From assembly GCA_900556465.1 (NCBI GenBank), contig USPK01000002.1, positions 3,295 through 67,294 on the forward strand: a stretch of DNA of 64,000 nucleotides. The letters run 5' to 3'. This stretch comes from an uncultured Prevotella sp. (GTDB taxonomy: Bacteria; Bacteroidota; Bacteroidia; Bacteroidales; Bacteroidaceae). Below the pieces are notes generated by a model. That model was given only the letters and a program-made list of their open reading frames with translations, did no database searches and was not told the DNA's origin. The translations under genes and the position numbers were made by a program. Of the stretch, positions 50,076 to 59,035 are shown piece by piece (within the stretch, counting starts at the first letter, position 1; the number at the start of each line of letters is the position of its first letter).

Positions 50076-51028
50076 ATCTCCTGGAACACCTGCCCCGCCG
50101 CACCGGCATGCTCGGCGTGGAAAAGGTCACGCTGGCCTACACCCTGTTCACGGCGCTCCTGGTCCTGTTGCTGTGGGGGCGGATGACGGACCCCGGCCTG
50201 CTGATGTACGGGCGCGTACTCATCTTGTCCGGCCTCGTGGCCACGCGCGTTATCTATCTGTGGATGCCCACCCGGGGCACGCTCCTGCTGCGCTATCTCT
50301 ATCCCCTCTCGCTCCTGGCCTATTGGTATCCCGATACGTACGAGTTCTGCCAGCTCTTCGGCAATCTCGACCACGTCTTTGCCCGGGCGGACCAGACCCT
50401 GTTCGGCTGCCAGCCGGCCCTGCTTTTCTTCCGCCTTCTGCCTGGGAAAGTGTGGAGCGAGCTGTTCCATCTGGGCTACTTCTCCTATTATCCGCTCATC
50501 GCCCTTACGGTGCTGGCGCCGCTCTTTACGAACCGCAGCCTCTTCGGCCGCACGGCGTTCGTCGTCCTCCTCTCCTTCTTCTTCTATTACCTCATCTACC
50601 TCTTTCTGCCCGTAGCCGGGCCGCAATACTACTTCCACGCCGTGGGGCTGGACGCCGTGCAGGCCGGCCACTTCCCGGCCGTGGGCGACTGGTTCCGCTT
50701 CCACACGGAGCTGGGCCCTTCGCCGACGCCCAGCGGCCTGTTCCGCAACCTGGTGGAAGCCACGCAGGCCAGCGGCGAACGGCCCACGGCCGCCTTTCCC
50801 TCGTCGCACGTGGGCGTGAGCACTATCCTGATGCTGCTGCTCTGGCGCAACCGCCGCACGCTCATGCTGGCCGTCGCGCCGCTCTACGTCCTGCTGTGTG
50901 CCAGCACAGTCTACATCGAGGCGCACTACCTGATTGACGTCTTCGGCGGCTGGGCCACGGCTTTCCTCTTCTATTGGCTGACCAACCGTCTCTATCCCTA
51001 CTTCGAGAAAAATAACGTTTATCCATAA
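50066..51028 (+). CDS. PAP2-superfamily membrane phosphotransferase/phosphatase (Aur1-like)
   Basis: Multiple TMs; AAFPSSHVG and HYLIDVFGG motifs; overlaps the upstream SDR by 10 bp. Confidence 0.85.
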   Translation: MDLNLLEHLPRRTGMLGVEKVTLAYTLFTALLVLLLWGRMTDPGLLMYGRVLILSGLVATRVIYLWMPTRGTLLLRYLYPLSLLAYWYPDTYEFCQLFGNLDHVFARADQTLFGCQPALLFFRLLPGKVWSELFHLGYFSYYPLIALTVLAPLFTNRSLFGRTAFVVLLSFFFYYLIYLFLPVAGPQYYFHAVGLDAVQAGHFPAVGDWFRFHTELGPSPTPSGLFRNLVEATQASGERPTAAFPSSHVGVSTILMLLLWRNRRTLMLAVAPLYVLLCASTVYIEAHYLIDVFGGWATAFLFYWLTNRLYPYFEKNNVYP

Positions 51029-51039
51029 TCCCTTTACCC

Positions 51040-52437
51040 ATGAAAAGAGTTCTACTCACCCTGTTGCTGGCGGCTCCGGCCGCCCTGCTGCCGGCCCAGG
51101 TGGGCCCCGGCGGCATCACGGACGAAATGCTCAAGGAGATACGCGCCGCCCAGCCCTCCGGTGCGGCCGACCGCGCCCTGCGTAACGCCCTGAACGGAAC
51201 CAGTATCAACAAGCTCGCCACCACGGCCGACAATCCCAGCGCGCAAGACACGTATTTCTCGAACCGTGTCGAGAGCAAGGGCATCACGGACCAGAAGTCC
51301 TCGGGCCGTTGCTGGCTTTTCTCGGGCCTTAACGTGATGCGGGCCAAGATGATTGCCCGTTACGGCCTGGGCGACTTCCGCTTCTCGCAGGCCTACAACT
51401 TCTTCTACGACCAACTGGAGAAGTCGAACCTCTTCCTCCAGGCCGTCATCGACAACGCCGCCAAGCCCATGGACGACCAGTTGGTGGAGTGGCTCTTCCA
51501 GCATCCGTTGAGCGACGGCGGCACCTTCTGCGGCGTGCAGGACGTCGTGACGAAATACGGCGTAGTCCCCGCCGAAGTGATGCCCGAGAGCTACAGCGCC
51601 AACAATACGGCGAAGATGGCCGAACTCATCTCGCTCAAGCTGCGCCAGTACGGCCTTGAGCTGCGCGACGCCGTGGCCAAAGGCACGGCCGAGGCGGACG
51701 TGCAGCGCCGCAAGACGGAGATGCTCGGCACGGTCTACCACATCCTGGCCGTATGTCTGGGCGAACCGCCCGCCGAGTTCACGTGGACGCGCCGCGACGC
51801 CAGCGGCAAGCCCGTAGAGACCAAGCGCTACACCCCACTCTCCTTTTACAAGGAGTATGTCGGCGTAGACCTGAAGAATGACTACGTGATGCTCATGAAC
51901 GACCCCTCGCGTCCGTTCCATAAGACCTACACCATCGACATGGACCGCCACAGCTACGACGGTAAGCAGTGGACCTTCCTCAACTTGCCCATCGACGAAA
52001 TCAAGCAGATGGCCATCGCCTCCATTAAGGACAGCACGATGATGTACTTCAGCTGCGACGTCGGCAAGTATTACGACAGCAGCACCGGCGTGCTCTCGCT
52101 CGACAACTACGACTACGCCTCGCTCTTCGATACGGACTTCCCCATGAGCAAGGCCGACCGCATCCGCACGTTCGCTTCCGCTTCCTCCCACGCCATGACC
52201 CTGATGGCCGTAGACCTTGACGCCGACGGCCGGCCTACGAAGTGGATGGTCGAGAACTCGTGGGGCCCCTCGGCCGGTTATCAGGGCCACCTCATCATGA
52301 CGGACGAGTGGTTCAACGAGTACATGTTCCGCCTCGTCGTCGAGCGGAAGTACGTCCCCGCCGCCACGCTCAAGCTCCTCGACCAGGAGCCCGTCCTGCT
52401 GCCCGCCTGGGACCCCCTCTTCGCCCCCGAGCAGTAA
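51040..52437 (+). CDS. pepC: Aminopeptidase C (C1B, bleomycin hydrolase family), exported
   Basis: DQKSSGRCWLF, HAMTL, VENSWG catalytic motifs; signal peptide. Confidence 0.93.
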   Translation: MKRVLLTLLLAAPAALLPAQVGPGGITDEMLKEIRAAQPSGAADRALRNALNGTSINKLATTADNPSAQDTYFSNRVESKGITDQKSSGRCWLFSGLNVMRAKMIARYGLGDFRFSQAYNFFYDQLEKSNLFLQAVIDNAAKPMDDQLVEWLFQHPLSDGGTFCGVQDVVTKYGVVPAEVMPESYSANNTAKMAELISLKLRQYGLELRDAVAKGTAEADVQRRKTEMLGTVYHILAVCLGEPPAEFTWTRRDASGKPVETKRYTPLSFYKEYVGVDLKNDYVMLMNDPSRPFHKTYTIDMDRHSYDGKQWTFLNLPIDEIKQMAIASIKDSTMMYFSCDVGKYYDSSTGVLSLDNYDYASLFDTDFPMSKADRIRTFASASSHAMTLMAVDLDADGRPTKWMVENSWGPSAGYQGHLIMTDEWFNEYMFRLVVERKYVPAATLKLLDQEPVLLPAWDPLFAPEQ

Positions 52438-52465
52438 GTGCGGCGCACGTTTCAGCCCCCATTCC

Positions 52466-52500
52466 GTCCCGGTCAGCCGCCGCTGTCCGGGACTTTTTTT
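52466..52500 (+). terminator. Intrinsic terminator after pepC
   Basis: GTCCCGG...CCGGGAC followed by T7. Confidence 0.75.
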
Positions 52501-52502
52501 GT

Positions 52503-52680
52503 CCGGCGTCAGGGCCCGTTCCCGCCGCGGCAGTGGGGCGCGCTACGGGGCTAAGGCCAGTTTTTACGGGAATAGGGCCAGTTTTTACGGGCCTTAGCCC
52601 CGTCTCCCGGCCGACTGTCGGCGTGCGGCGCGGCCCTGTCCGGAGCGGCCGGGGCCCAGGCGGACGGACGCGGCGGCCGG
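52503..52680. repeat. 178-bp element containing 21-bp array copy 9; direct repeat of 55787-55964
   Basis: Core units at 52545, 52566, 52587; 7 mismatches in 178 bp versus the 55787 copy (manual alignment). Confidence 0.93.
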
Positions 52681-52814
52681 TTTTCCGGCTTTGTAAAAAT
52701 AATGTAAGAGTTATTTTGAAAATAGAAAGAAATTTTTACCTTTGCGAAGCGGGGAAAGTCCCTGGCAGTAAGAATACTACGTTACTGTAAAGTCTAATCT
52801 TATTTTGTGAAGGA

Positions 52815-55112
52815 ATGAAAAAAACTATTCTACTTCTTTTTGCGCTGTTTGCCCTTTGTGCGGTCCGTGCCGAACGCATCAGTGAGTCCGATGCCCGGCA
52901 GCTGGCCCGTGAGTTCCTGCAACGGCAGCCCGGCCTGGTGCCCCACGGTGCGCAGTCGCTGCGCCTGGCCCATACGGCTACGGCCTACTATGCCTACGAC
53001 TGCGCCCCCTCCGGCGGTTTCGTGCTGGTCGCGGCCGACGACCGGGCGGACAAGTCCATTCTCGGCTACACCGACAACGGGCGCTTCGACTTGGGCCAGT
53101 TGCCCCCGGCCTTGGTCTGGTTGCTTTCGGAGTACGACCGCGAGCTCGCTCAGCTCGACGCCCGGCCGTCCGACGCGTCGGCCCGTGTGCAGGAAGCCTC
53201 GCCTACCTATCCCGCCGTCGCCCCGCTCATTAAGAGCCAGTGGTCGCAGGGCGAGCCCTACAACCTCCTTTGCCCGCTGGACGACAACGGGGAACGCTGC
53301 GTCACGGGCTGTGTCGCTACGGCTTTGGCCCAGATCATGTACTACTACCGCTATCCGGCCACCAGCACCGACGGTGAAGCCTTCGACTGGGACGCCATGA
53401 CCGACACCTACAACGAGGCCAGCAGCGAGGCCTCCCGGCTGGCTGTGGCCAAGCTCATGAGCGATGTCGGCGTGGCCGTGGGCATGGACTACAGTTCTGC
53501 GGGTAGCGGTGCCTATTCCTCTGAAGCGCTGACCGTTCTTATGTCCGAGTTCGGCTACGACAATGGGCTGCAGGTCTATTCCCGTTCCTACTACTCGCGG
53601 AACGAGTGGAAGACGCTGCTCTATACGGAGCTGGCTGCCGGTCGCCCGGTCTATTACAGTGCGAGCAGTACAGCCGGCGGCCATGCCTTTATCTGCGACG
53701 GCTATCAGGATGACTATTTCCACATCAACTGGGGCTGGGGCGGCTACAGTAACGGCTACTACTGCCTGACCGGGGCGGTTTCCGACGTCGGCAGTTACAA
53801 TTACAGCCAGGATATTTATGTCGGCATCCAGCCCGCTGCCGGGGAGAGCCAGCCCCAGGTGAGCATGGGCAACCCCACGAATTTTACCCTCGACGTTACG
53901 GAATATCCCGTTGCCTATAACCGGACAGACTACGTCTCCTTTACCGGCCAGTTCACCAATACTGCGCTGTGGCCGCTGGACATGACTCTGGGCGTCAAGC
54001 TGAAGAGCGCGAGCGGCGACTCCTTGTATGTGGCTTCTTCGACGGGTATTTCTGATTTCGGGTATGGTTGGTACTTTGAAGGGTACTCTATGGCGTTGGC
54101 CGACTTCCCCACCCAGGACGGCACTTACGTAGTGACGCCGGCCTTCCGGGAATCCGGCTCCGGCGTGTGGTACGACATGCAGACACCCGTCGACGCTTCG
54201 TCGTACTACCTCCTGGCCACGGTCGAAGGCGACCAAATCACCTTCAATCTTCCCTCCATCGAGTGGACGCTGGCCTACGACGATTTCCAACTGGCTTATG
54301 ATCCCTATCCCGGCGATTTCCTCACGGGTCAAGTCACAGTAAGCCAGAGCGGAGCGCCCTTCCAGCGTGTGCTGCAGGCTGTAGTCACGGAACGCGACGG
54401 CTACACGGCGTTGACGGCTTCGCCCACCTTCCTGCTCGAGCTCCAGGCCGGCGAGTCGGTCACCGTACCCTTCGGTCAGGCCAATGACTTCCAGGCGCCT
54501 CTTTCCCCGGGCGAGTATGACCTGATTTTTATTACCGGCAACACCATCATTAGTCCCCGTTTCCCCTTTACGGTGACCGAAGCTCCTGCCGGTGAACTTG
54601 CCCTGCGCGTGGCTTCGCCCCTTTCTGTGGCGAATGCCGATCAGGTCATCGCCGACAAGTTCAGCCTCTCGGCCGAAGTGGCCTGCGACGGCGGTTTCTA
54701 TTCGGGCAACCTCTATGCCTTAGTCTTCCCGATTGAGGGTGGGTACAACGTCAGTACGTTGCTTATTCCTGTCAGAATAGAAAGCGGCCAGACGACCACG
54801 GTGAACTACTCCGGAGCGATAGAAGGAGTGGAAGCCGGCATGAGCTATCAGGTTCTGCTCTATTACCTGGTGGGAAATACTTTGTATCCCTTGTCCGGTG
54901 ACGACATGAACCGTGCCACCTTCACCGTCGGCGCAGTGACGGGCCTCGGCGGTACGGCCGTGACCGACGCTCCGCGGACGTTCGAGGTCTACGACCTTTC
55001 CGGCATCCGGGTGCTCCGGCAGACGGGCACGTCGCCCAATCTCAGTTCGCTCCCGGCCGGCGTCTACATTGTCCGCGACGGTCAGACGGTGCGCAAGGTC
55101 CTTCGTCCCTAA
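52815..55112 (+). CDS. C10 cysteine protease (streptopain/interpain family) with propeptide and T9SS tail
   Basis: GGFVLVAADD...ILGY pro-domain; WSQGEPYN, TGCVATA, GGHAFICDGY, HINWGWGG; VYDLSGIRV...LPAGVYIV...KVL tail; TACCTTTG box at 52737-52744. Confidence 0.93.
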   Translation: MKKTILLLFALFALCAVRAERISESDARQLAREFLQRQPGLVPHGAQSLRLAHTATAYYAYDCAPSGGFVLVAADDRADKSILGYTDNGRFDLGQLPPALVWLLSEYDRELAQLDARPSDASARVQEASPTYPAVAPLIKSQWSQGEPYNLLCPLDDNGERCVTGCVATALAQIMYYYRYPATSTDGEAFDWDAMTDTYNEASSEASRLAVAKLMSDVGVAVGMDYSSAGSGAYSSEALTVLMSEFGYDNGLQVYSRSYYSRNEWKTLLYTELAAGRPVYYSASSTAGGHAFICDGYQDDYFHINWGWGGYSNGYYCLTGAVSDVGSYNYSQDIYVGIQPAAGESQPQVSMGNPTNFTLDVTEYPVAYNRTDYVSFTGQFTNTALWPLDMTLGVKLKSASGDSLYVASSTGISDFGYGWYFEGYSMALADFPTQDGTYVVTPAFRESGSGVWYDMQTPVDASSYYLLATVEGDQITFNLPSIEWTLAYDDFQLAYDPYPGDFLTGQVTVSQSGAPFQRVLQAVVTERDGYTALTASPTFLLELQAGESVTVPFGQANDFQAPLSPGEYDLIFITGNTIISPRFPFTVTEAPAGELALRVASPLSVANADQVIADKFSLSAEVACDGGFYSGNLYALVFPIEGGYNVSTLLIPVRIESGQTTTVNYSGAIEGVEAGMSYQVLLYYLVGNTLYPLSGDDMNRATFTVGAVTGLGGTAVTDAPRTFEVYDLSGIRVLRQTGTSPNLSSLPAGVYIVRDGQTVRKVLRP

Positions 55113-55134
55113 CCGCCCGCAGGGCCCCGTTGCC

Positions 55135-55701
55135 ATGAACGCACTGAAACGCTTGTTGCCGCTTGTGTCCGTCGCCCTGGTGCTGGCGGCCTGTTCGCCG
55201 GGGCGCGACGCCGGGAGCGCCGGCCCGGCTGGGAGCGGCGCCGGGCTTGTGGTCGTACCGCCCGCGTCCGACCCGGTTTCCCCGGTCCCTCAGCCCCGCG
55301 CCGTGGTCTACCGCACCCGGGCCGACTACCGCAACCGCGTACCCGTGGCCCTTAGTGCCGACGGGCGGCGGCTGCTCTCCTTTCCCGCTCCGACCGACGT
55401 CGGGCCGGACAAGCGGCCGGTGGCGCTGTCGGGGGACTATCTGCTCGACCGCTGCGGCATAGGGTCCGACGTGGCCTTCCTGGACTACACCTACGAGGAG
55501 TATGCCCGGCTGTCGGCCCCGTTGCCGCCCGACACGTTGCTGGCGCATGTGCTCGACGCCGCGCCGCTGCTCGAGATGTATCGGTTGCCCCTGAGCGCCG
55601 GCGAGGCGGCCCGCCGGCCCGAACGCTGTGCCCCCTTTGTGGCCAACGGTTTCTCGGGCTGCGAAGTCTTGTTGTCGCGCCCGTCCGTCCGGCTGCCCTG
55701 A
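55135..55701 (+). CDS. Hypothetical lipoprotein (188 aa)
   Basis: MNALKRLLPLVSVALVLAAC lipobox; 22 bp after the C10 stop; followed by a terminator. Confidence 0.78.
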   Translation: MNALKRLLPLVSVALVLAACSPGRDAGSAGPAGSGAGLVVVPPASDPVSPVPQPRAVVYRTRADYRNRVPVALSADGRRLLSFPAPTDVGPDKRPVALSGDYLLDRCGIGSDVAFLDYTYEEYARLSAPLPPDTLLAHVLDAAPLLEMYRLPLSAGEAARRPERCAPFVANGFSGCEVLLSRPSVRLP

Positions 55702-55724
55702 CGGCGGGGCGTTCCCCCTCTTTC

Positions 55725-55766
55725 GCCCTCCCGGTCCCGCTTCGGCGCGGACCGGGAGGGCTTTTT
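55725..55766 (+). terminator. Intrinsic terminator after the C10-lipoprotein pair
   Basis: GCCCTCCGGTCC...GGACCGGGAGGGC followed by T5. Confidence 0.75.
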
Positions 55767-55786
55767 GTGCGGGTATGGGGCAATGC

Positions 55787-55964
55787 CCGGCGTCAGGGCC
55801 CGTTCCTGCCGCGGCAGTGGGGCGCGCTACGGGGCTAAGGCCAGTTTTTACGGGAATAGGCCCAGTTTTTACGGGCCTTAGCCCCGTGTTTCGCCCGACT
55901 GTCGGCGTGCGGCGCGGCCCTGTCCGGAGCGGCCGGGGCCCAGGCGGAAGGACGCGGCGGCCGG
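55787..55964. repeat. 178-bp element containing 21-bp array copy 10; direct repeat of 52503-52680
   Basis: Core units at 55829, 55850, 55871. Confidence 0.93.
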
Positions 55965-56109
55965 GCGGCGACGGGGGCGTCCGGCAGGCGGTGGGTCCGG
56001 GGTCCTGTGGCGGGCGGCCCTTCGCTTTTTGCCCGGAAATGCGGGCCGGCATTGCTTTTTCTTGTAAATTTGCCCCGGAGCTGCGGCTCCATTCCTATTT
56101 TTACGACCC

Positions 56110-57951
56110 ATGCGAACCCGATTCCTTTTCCTGCTCCGCTTCTACGCGGTGCTGCTCGCCGTGTTCATTCTCGGTAAGGCCGTTTTCCTGCTCTGCGACG
56201 CCCCGGCCGGGACGTCGGTCGGCGTGGCCGACTTCTTAGCCGTCGTCTGGCACGGGCTACCGCTCGACCTCGCTACGGCCGGCTACCTGACGGCGCTGCC
56301 TTGGCTCGCCCTGACGGTGTCTGTCTGGACGCGCATTCCGCGCCTGCGGCTGGGCTACAACGTCTATGCCGCTGTCGTCGCGGCCTTGCTGGCGGTCATC
56401 CTCGTGGCGGACACGTGCCTCTACACCTTCTGGGACGTGAAGCTGGACGGCACCGTGTTCAACTACCTGGACTCGCCGCGCGGCGTGGCCGCCAGTGTCA
56501 GCACGGGCTACCTGTTCGGCGCCGTCGCGGTCCTGGTCCTCGTCGGGCTGGCCCTGTTCTTTGCGTTCGAGCGGCTGTTCCCGCGCCAGCTGCCCCCCGT
56601 GCGCCGGCGGCTGACGGCTACGGCGGGGGCCGTCGTCGTGGGCGGGCTGCTCTTTCTCGGCATCCGCGGCGGGGTGGGCAAGTCGACAGCCAACGTCGGC
56701 ATGGTCTATTACAGCGACGTGCAGTTCCTGAACCACGCGGCCGTCAATCCGGCCTTCAGCCTCGTATCCTCCACGCTCAAGACCAAGGACTACGCCCGCC
56801 TCCACGACTATTTCCCCGAGGAGGAACGGGCCCGCGTGTTCGCCTCGCTGGGCTACGACACGCGCAGCCTGGCTCCCAACACGCTGCTCCGCGTGCGGCG
56901 GCCCAACGTCCTGATAGTCCTCATGGAGGGCTGCGGGGGGACGTTCGTCCATGCCGTCGACTCGCTCGCTGACCCGGCCGTGACGCCGCGGCTCAACGAG
57001 TTGGCGGCCGAGGGCGTCGTCTTCACGCGCTGCTATGCCAACTCGTTCCGCACGGACCGCGGCACCGTCTGCGCGCTCAGTGGCTATCCGGCTTTTCCCG
57101 ACGTGAGTGTGATGAAGTTGCCCTCGAAGTGTGCGCAGCTTCCCTCCATTGCGCGGAGCCTGCGCCAGGCCGGCTACGCGACGGACTTCCTCTACGGCGG
57201 CGACATCAACTTCACGAACACGAACGGCTACCTGCTCTCGACCGGCTATGAGCGCACGGCGGGCGACACTGCCTTCCCGGCGGAAGTGCGCCATACGCAC
57301 GACTGGGGCGTCACGGACCGCATCGTCTTTGAATACTTGCTCGAGGAACTGGCCAGCCGCGCCGACGGACGCCCCTGGCACACGACGCTGCTCACCCTGG
57401 CCAGCCACGAACCGTGGGGCGTTCCCTACGCCCGCATCCAGGGCGACACGGTGGCCAACGCCATGGCCTATCTCGACGACTGCATCGGGCGCTTCGTGGA
57501 CCGCTTCCGCGAGACGCCGCAATGGGCCAACACGCTCATCGTCCTGTTGCCGGACCACGGCATCGGCTATCCGGCGGGCATAGATGCCGGCGACCCGCGC
57601 CGCGCCCACATCCCGATGATCTGGACCGGCGGCGCGGTGCGCGGCCACCGAGTGGTCGACGTGCTGTGTAACCAGACGGACCTGCCGGCCACGTTGCTCG
57701 GGCAGCTGGGCCTGGCGCACGACGATTTCCGCTTCAGCCGCGACGTGCTGAGCCGCACCTACACGCACCCCTCCGCGGTCCACGTGTGGAGCGAAGGCAT
57801 CTGGTACATGGACGGCACGGGCTTCACGTCGCTCAACCTGCTCTCGAAGCCGCAGCGTCCGCTGGAGGAGCGCCCCGCCCCGTCGGCCGCCCGCGCCGCC
57901 GCGGCCAACGCCCTGCTGCAAACGGCCTACGACGACCTGGGCGCCCGCTGA
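56110..57951 (+). CDS. LTA synthase family / alkaline-phosphatase-superfamily membrane protein
   Basis: N-terminal TMs (HGLPLD), PNVLIVLMEG, RTDRG, SHEPW, LPDHG; TAAATTTG box at 56065-56072. Confidence 0.88.
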   Translation: MRTRFLFLLRFYAVLLAVFILGKAVFLLCDAPAGTSVGVADFLAVVWHGLPLDLATAGYLTALPWLALTVSVWTRIPRLRLGYNVYAAVVAALLAVILVADTCLYTFWDVKLDGTVFNYLDSPRGVAASVSTGYLFGAVAVLVLVGLALFFAFERLFPRQLPPVRRRLTATAGAVVVGGLLFLGIRGGVGKSTANVGMVYYSDVQFLNHAAVNPAFSLVSSTLKTKDYARLHDYFPEEERARVFASLGYDTRSLAPNTLLRVRRPNVLIVLMEGCGGTFVHAVDSLADPAVTPRLNELAAEGVVFTRCYANSFRTDRGTVCALSGYPAFPDVSVMKLPSKCAQLPSIARSLRQAGYATDFLYGGDINFTNTNGYLLSTGYERTAGDTAFPAEVRHTHDWGVTDRIVFEYLLEELASRADGRPWHTTLLTLASHEPWGVPYARIQGDTVANAMAYLDDCIGRFVDRFRETPQWANTLIVLLPDHGIGYPAGIDAGDPRRAHIPMIWTGGAVRGHRVVDVLCNQTDLPATLLGQLGLAHDDFRFSRDVLSRTYTHPSAVHVWSEGIWYMDGTGFTSLNLLSKPQRPLEERPAPSAARAAAANALLQTAYDDLGAR

Positions 57952-57976
57952 CACGCCAGCGGTCCGGACACACAAC

Positions 57977-58029
57977 GCCGCCGCGGGGCCGGAAACCTCT
58001 TCGGAAAGGAGGTCCGGCCCCGCGGCGGC
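57977..58029. terminator. Long GC hairpin between convergent genes
   Basis: GCCGCCGCGGGGCCGGA ... TCCGGCCCCGCGGCGGC inverted repeat. Confidence 0.6.
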
Positions 58030-58044
58030 AGTGCGTGGCGGCGG

Positions 58045-58680
58045 TCAGAGCTGGCCGCTCTCGACCATGCGGACCACGCGCTCGGTGAAGCGGTCGTCGC
58101 CCTCGGGGTCGTAGCGCCGCGTCAAGCTGTTGCCGAAGCAGAACGCCAGCGTCTGGTACATGTTCGCCTTGAACGAGCCGATGAAGGCCTGGGCTATGTG
58201 GTAGCCCGTCTGGCCGCATTCGCGGTCGATGAGCTTTACGAGCAGGCGCCCCTGCGAGCGCGACAGCTTCTTGAGCGTCGGGGCGTACTGCTTCTTGAGC
58301 CCGTCCTCGACGCGGCTCAGGTGTTCGCGTCGCGCCTTCTCGTCGGGCAGGGTCTGCAGGTACTCGTAGGTTTCGATGACGGTGTACTTCGCCAGCCGCG
58401 CCAAGGGGAGCAGCTTCTTCACGTTGGCGACCAGTCGGTTGTAGCGCTCCACCTCGCGCGCGTTCTTGAAGCGCAGGGGCGGGTAGCGGTAGAAGGTGGG
58501 CATGATGATGTGGGGAATGCTGTCCCCGTGATAGGCCACGCGGCCCACGCGAATCTCCATCGGCGTGGCGGGCGTATCGGCGTCGGCCACGCTGTCTGTG
58601 CCTGCGGGGGCCTGAGCCAGGCCCGGCAGCGCGGTGCCCGGGAGGAGGGCAAGGAGCAAGATGAGCATCACGTACTTCAT
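58045..58680 (-). CDS. DUF4294-like exported protein
   Basis: Signal peptide; YNRLVANVKKLLP, QGRLLVKLIDRE and YDPEGDD motifs as recalled for Bacteroidetes DUF4294. Confidence 0.75.
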   Translation of the reverse strand: MKYVMLILLLALLPGTALPGLAQAPAGTDSVADADTPATPMEIRVGRVAYHGDSIPHIIMPTFYRYPPLRFKNAREVERYNRLVANVKKLLPLARLAKYTVIETYEYLQTLPDEKARREHLSRVEDGLKKQYAPTLKKLSRSQGRLLVKLIDRECGQTGYHIAQAFIGSFKANMYQTLAFCFGNSLTRRYDPEGDDRFTERVVRMVESGQL

Positions 58681-58846
58681 GGCGCGGCGAAATTAGTAAG
58701 AAAATCCCGGCCGCCACGTTATTATTCCTTAATTGACAGACGGTTTGCGAAAAAATAACTTCCTTTGTAATACGGAAGGGGCGGACGGGTCCCGCAGGAC
58801 CGGCGCTTCGGGCCGCCGGAAGCGCCCCGGAGGGCGCCGGGCGGCG

Positions 58847-58937
58847 GACAGTTGCTCCAGCCACGGGCCTTAGCCCCGTCGCTACGGGCCCTATTCCAGT
58901 TTTTACGGGCCTTAGCCCCGTGGTTGCGGCAACCGGC
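58847..58937. repeat. 21-bp-period palindromic array, copy 11
   Basis: Units at 58863, 58884, 58905; flanking GACAGT at 58847. Confidence 0.9.
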
Positions 58938-59035
58938 GGACGTCGTCGCGGGCCAGTCCCGGCGGATGCAGCCCGCCGCCGCGCCGGCCGGCCCCCGGGC
59001 CGCCGCTCCGTTTCAACGATTCATCTATTCAGACT

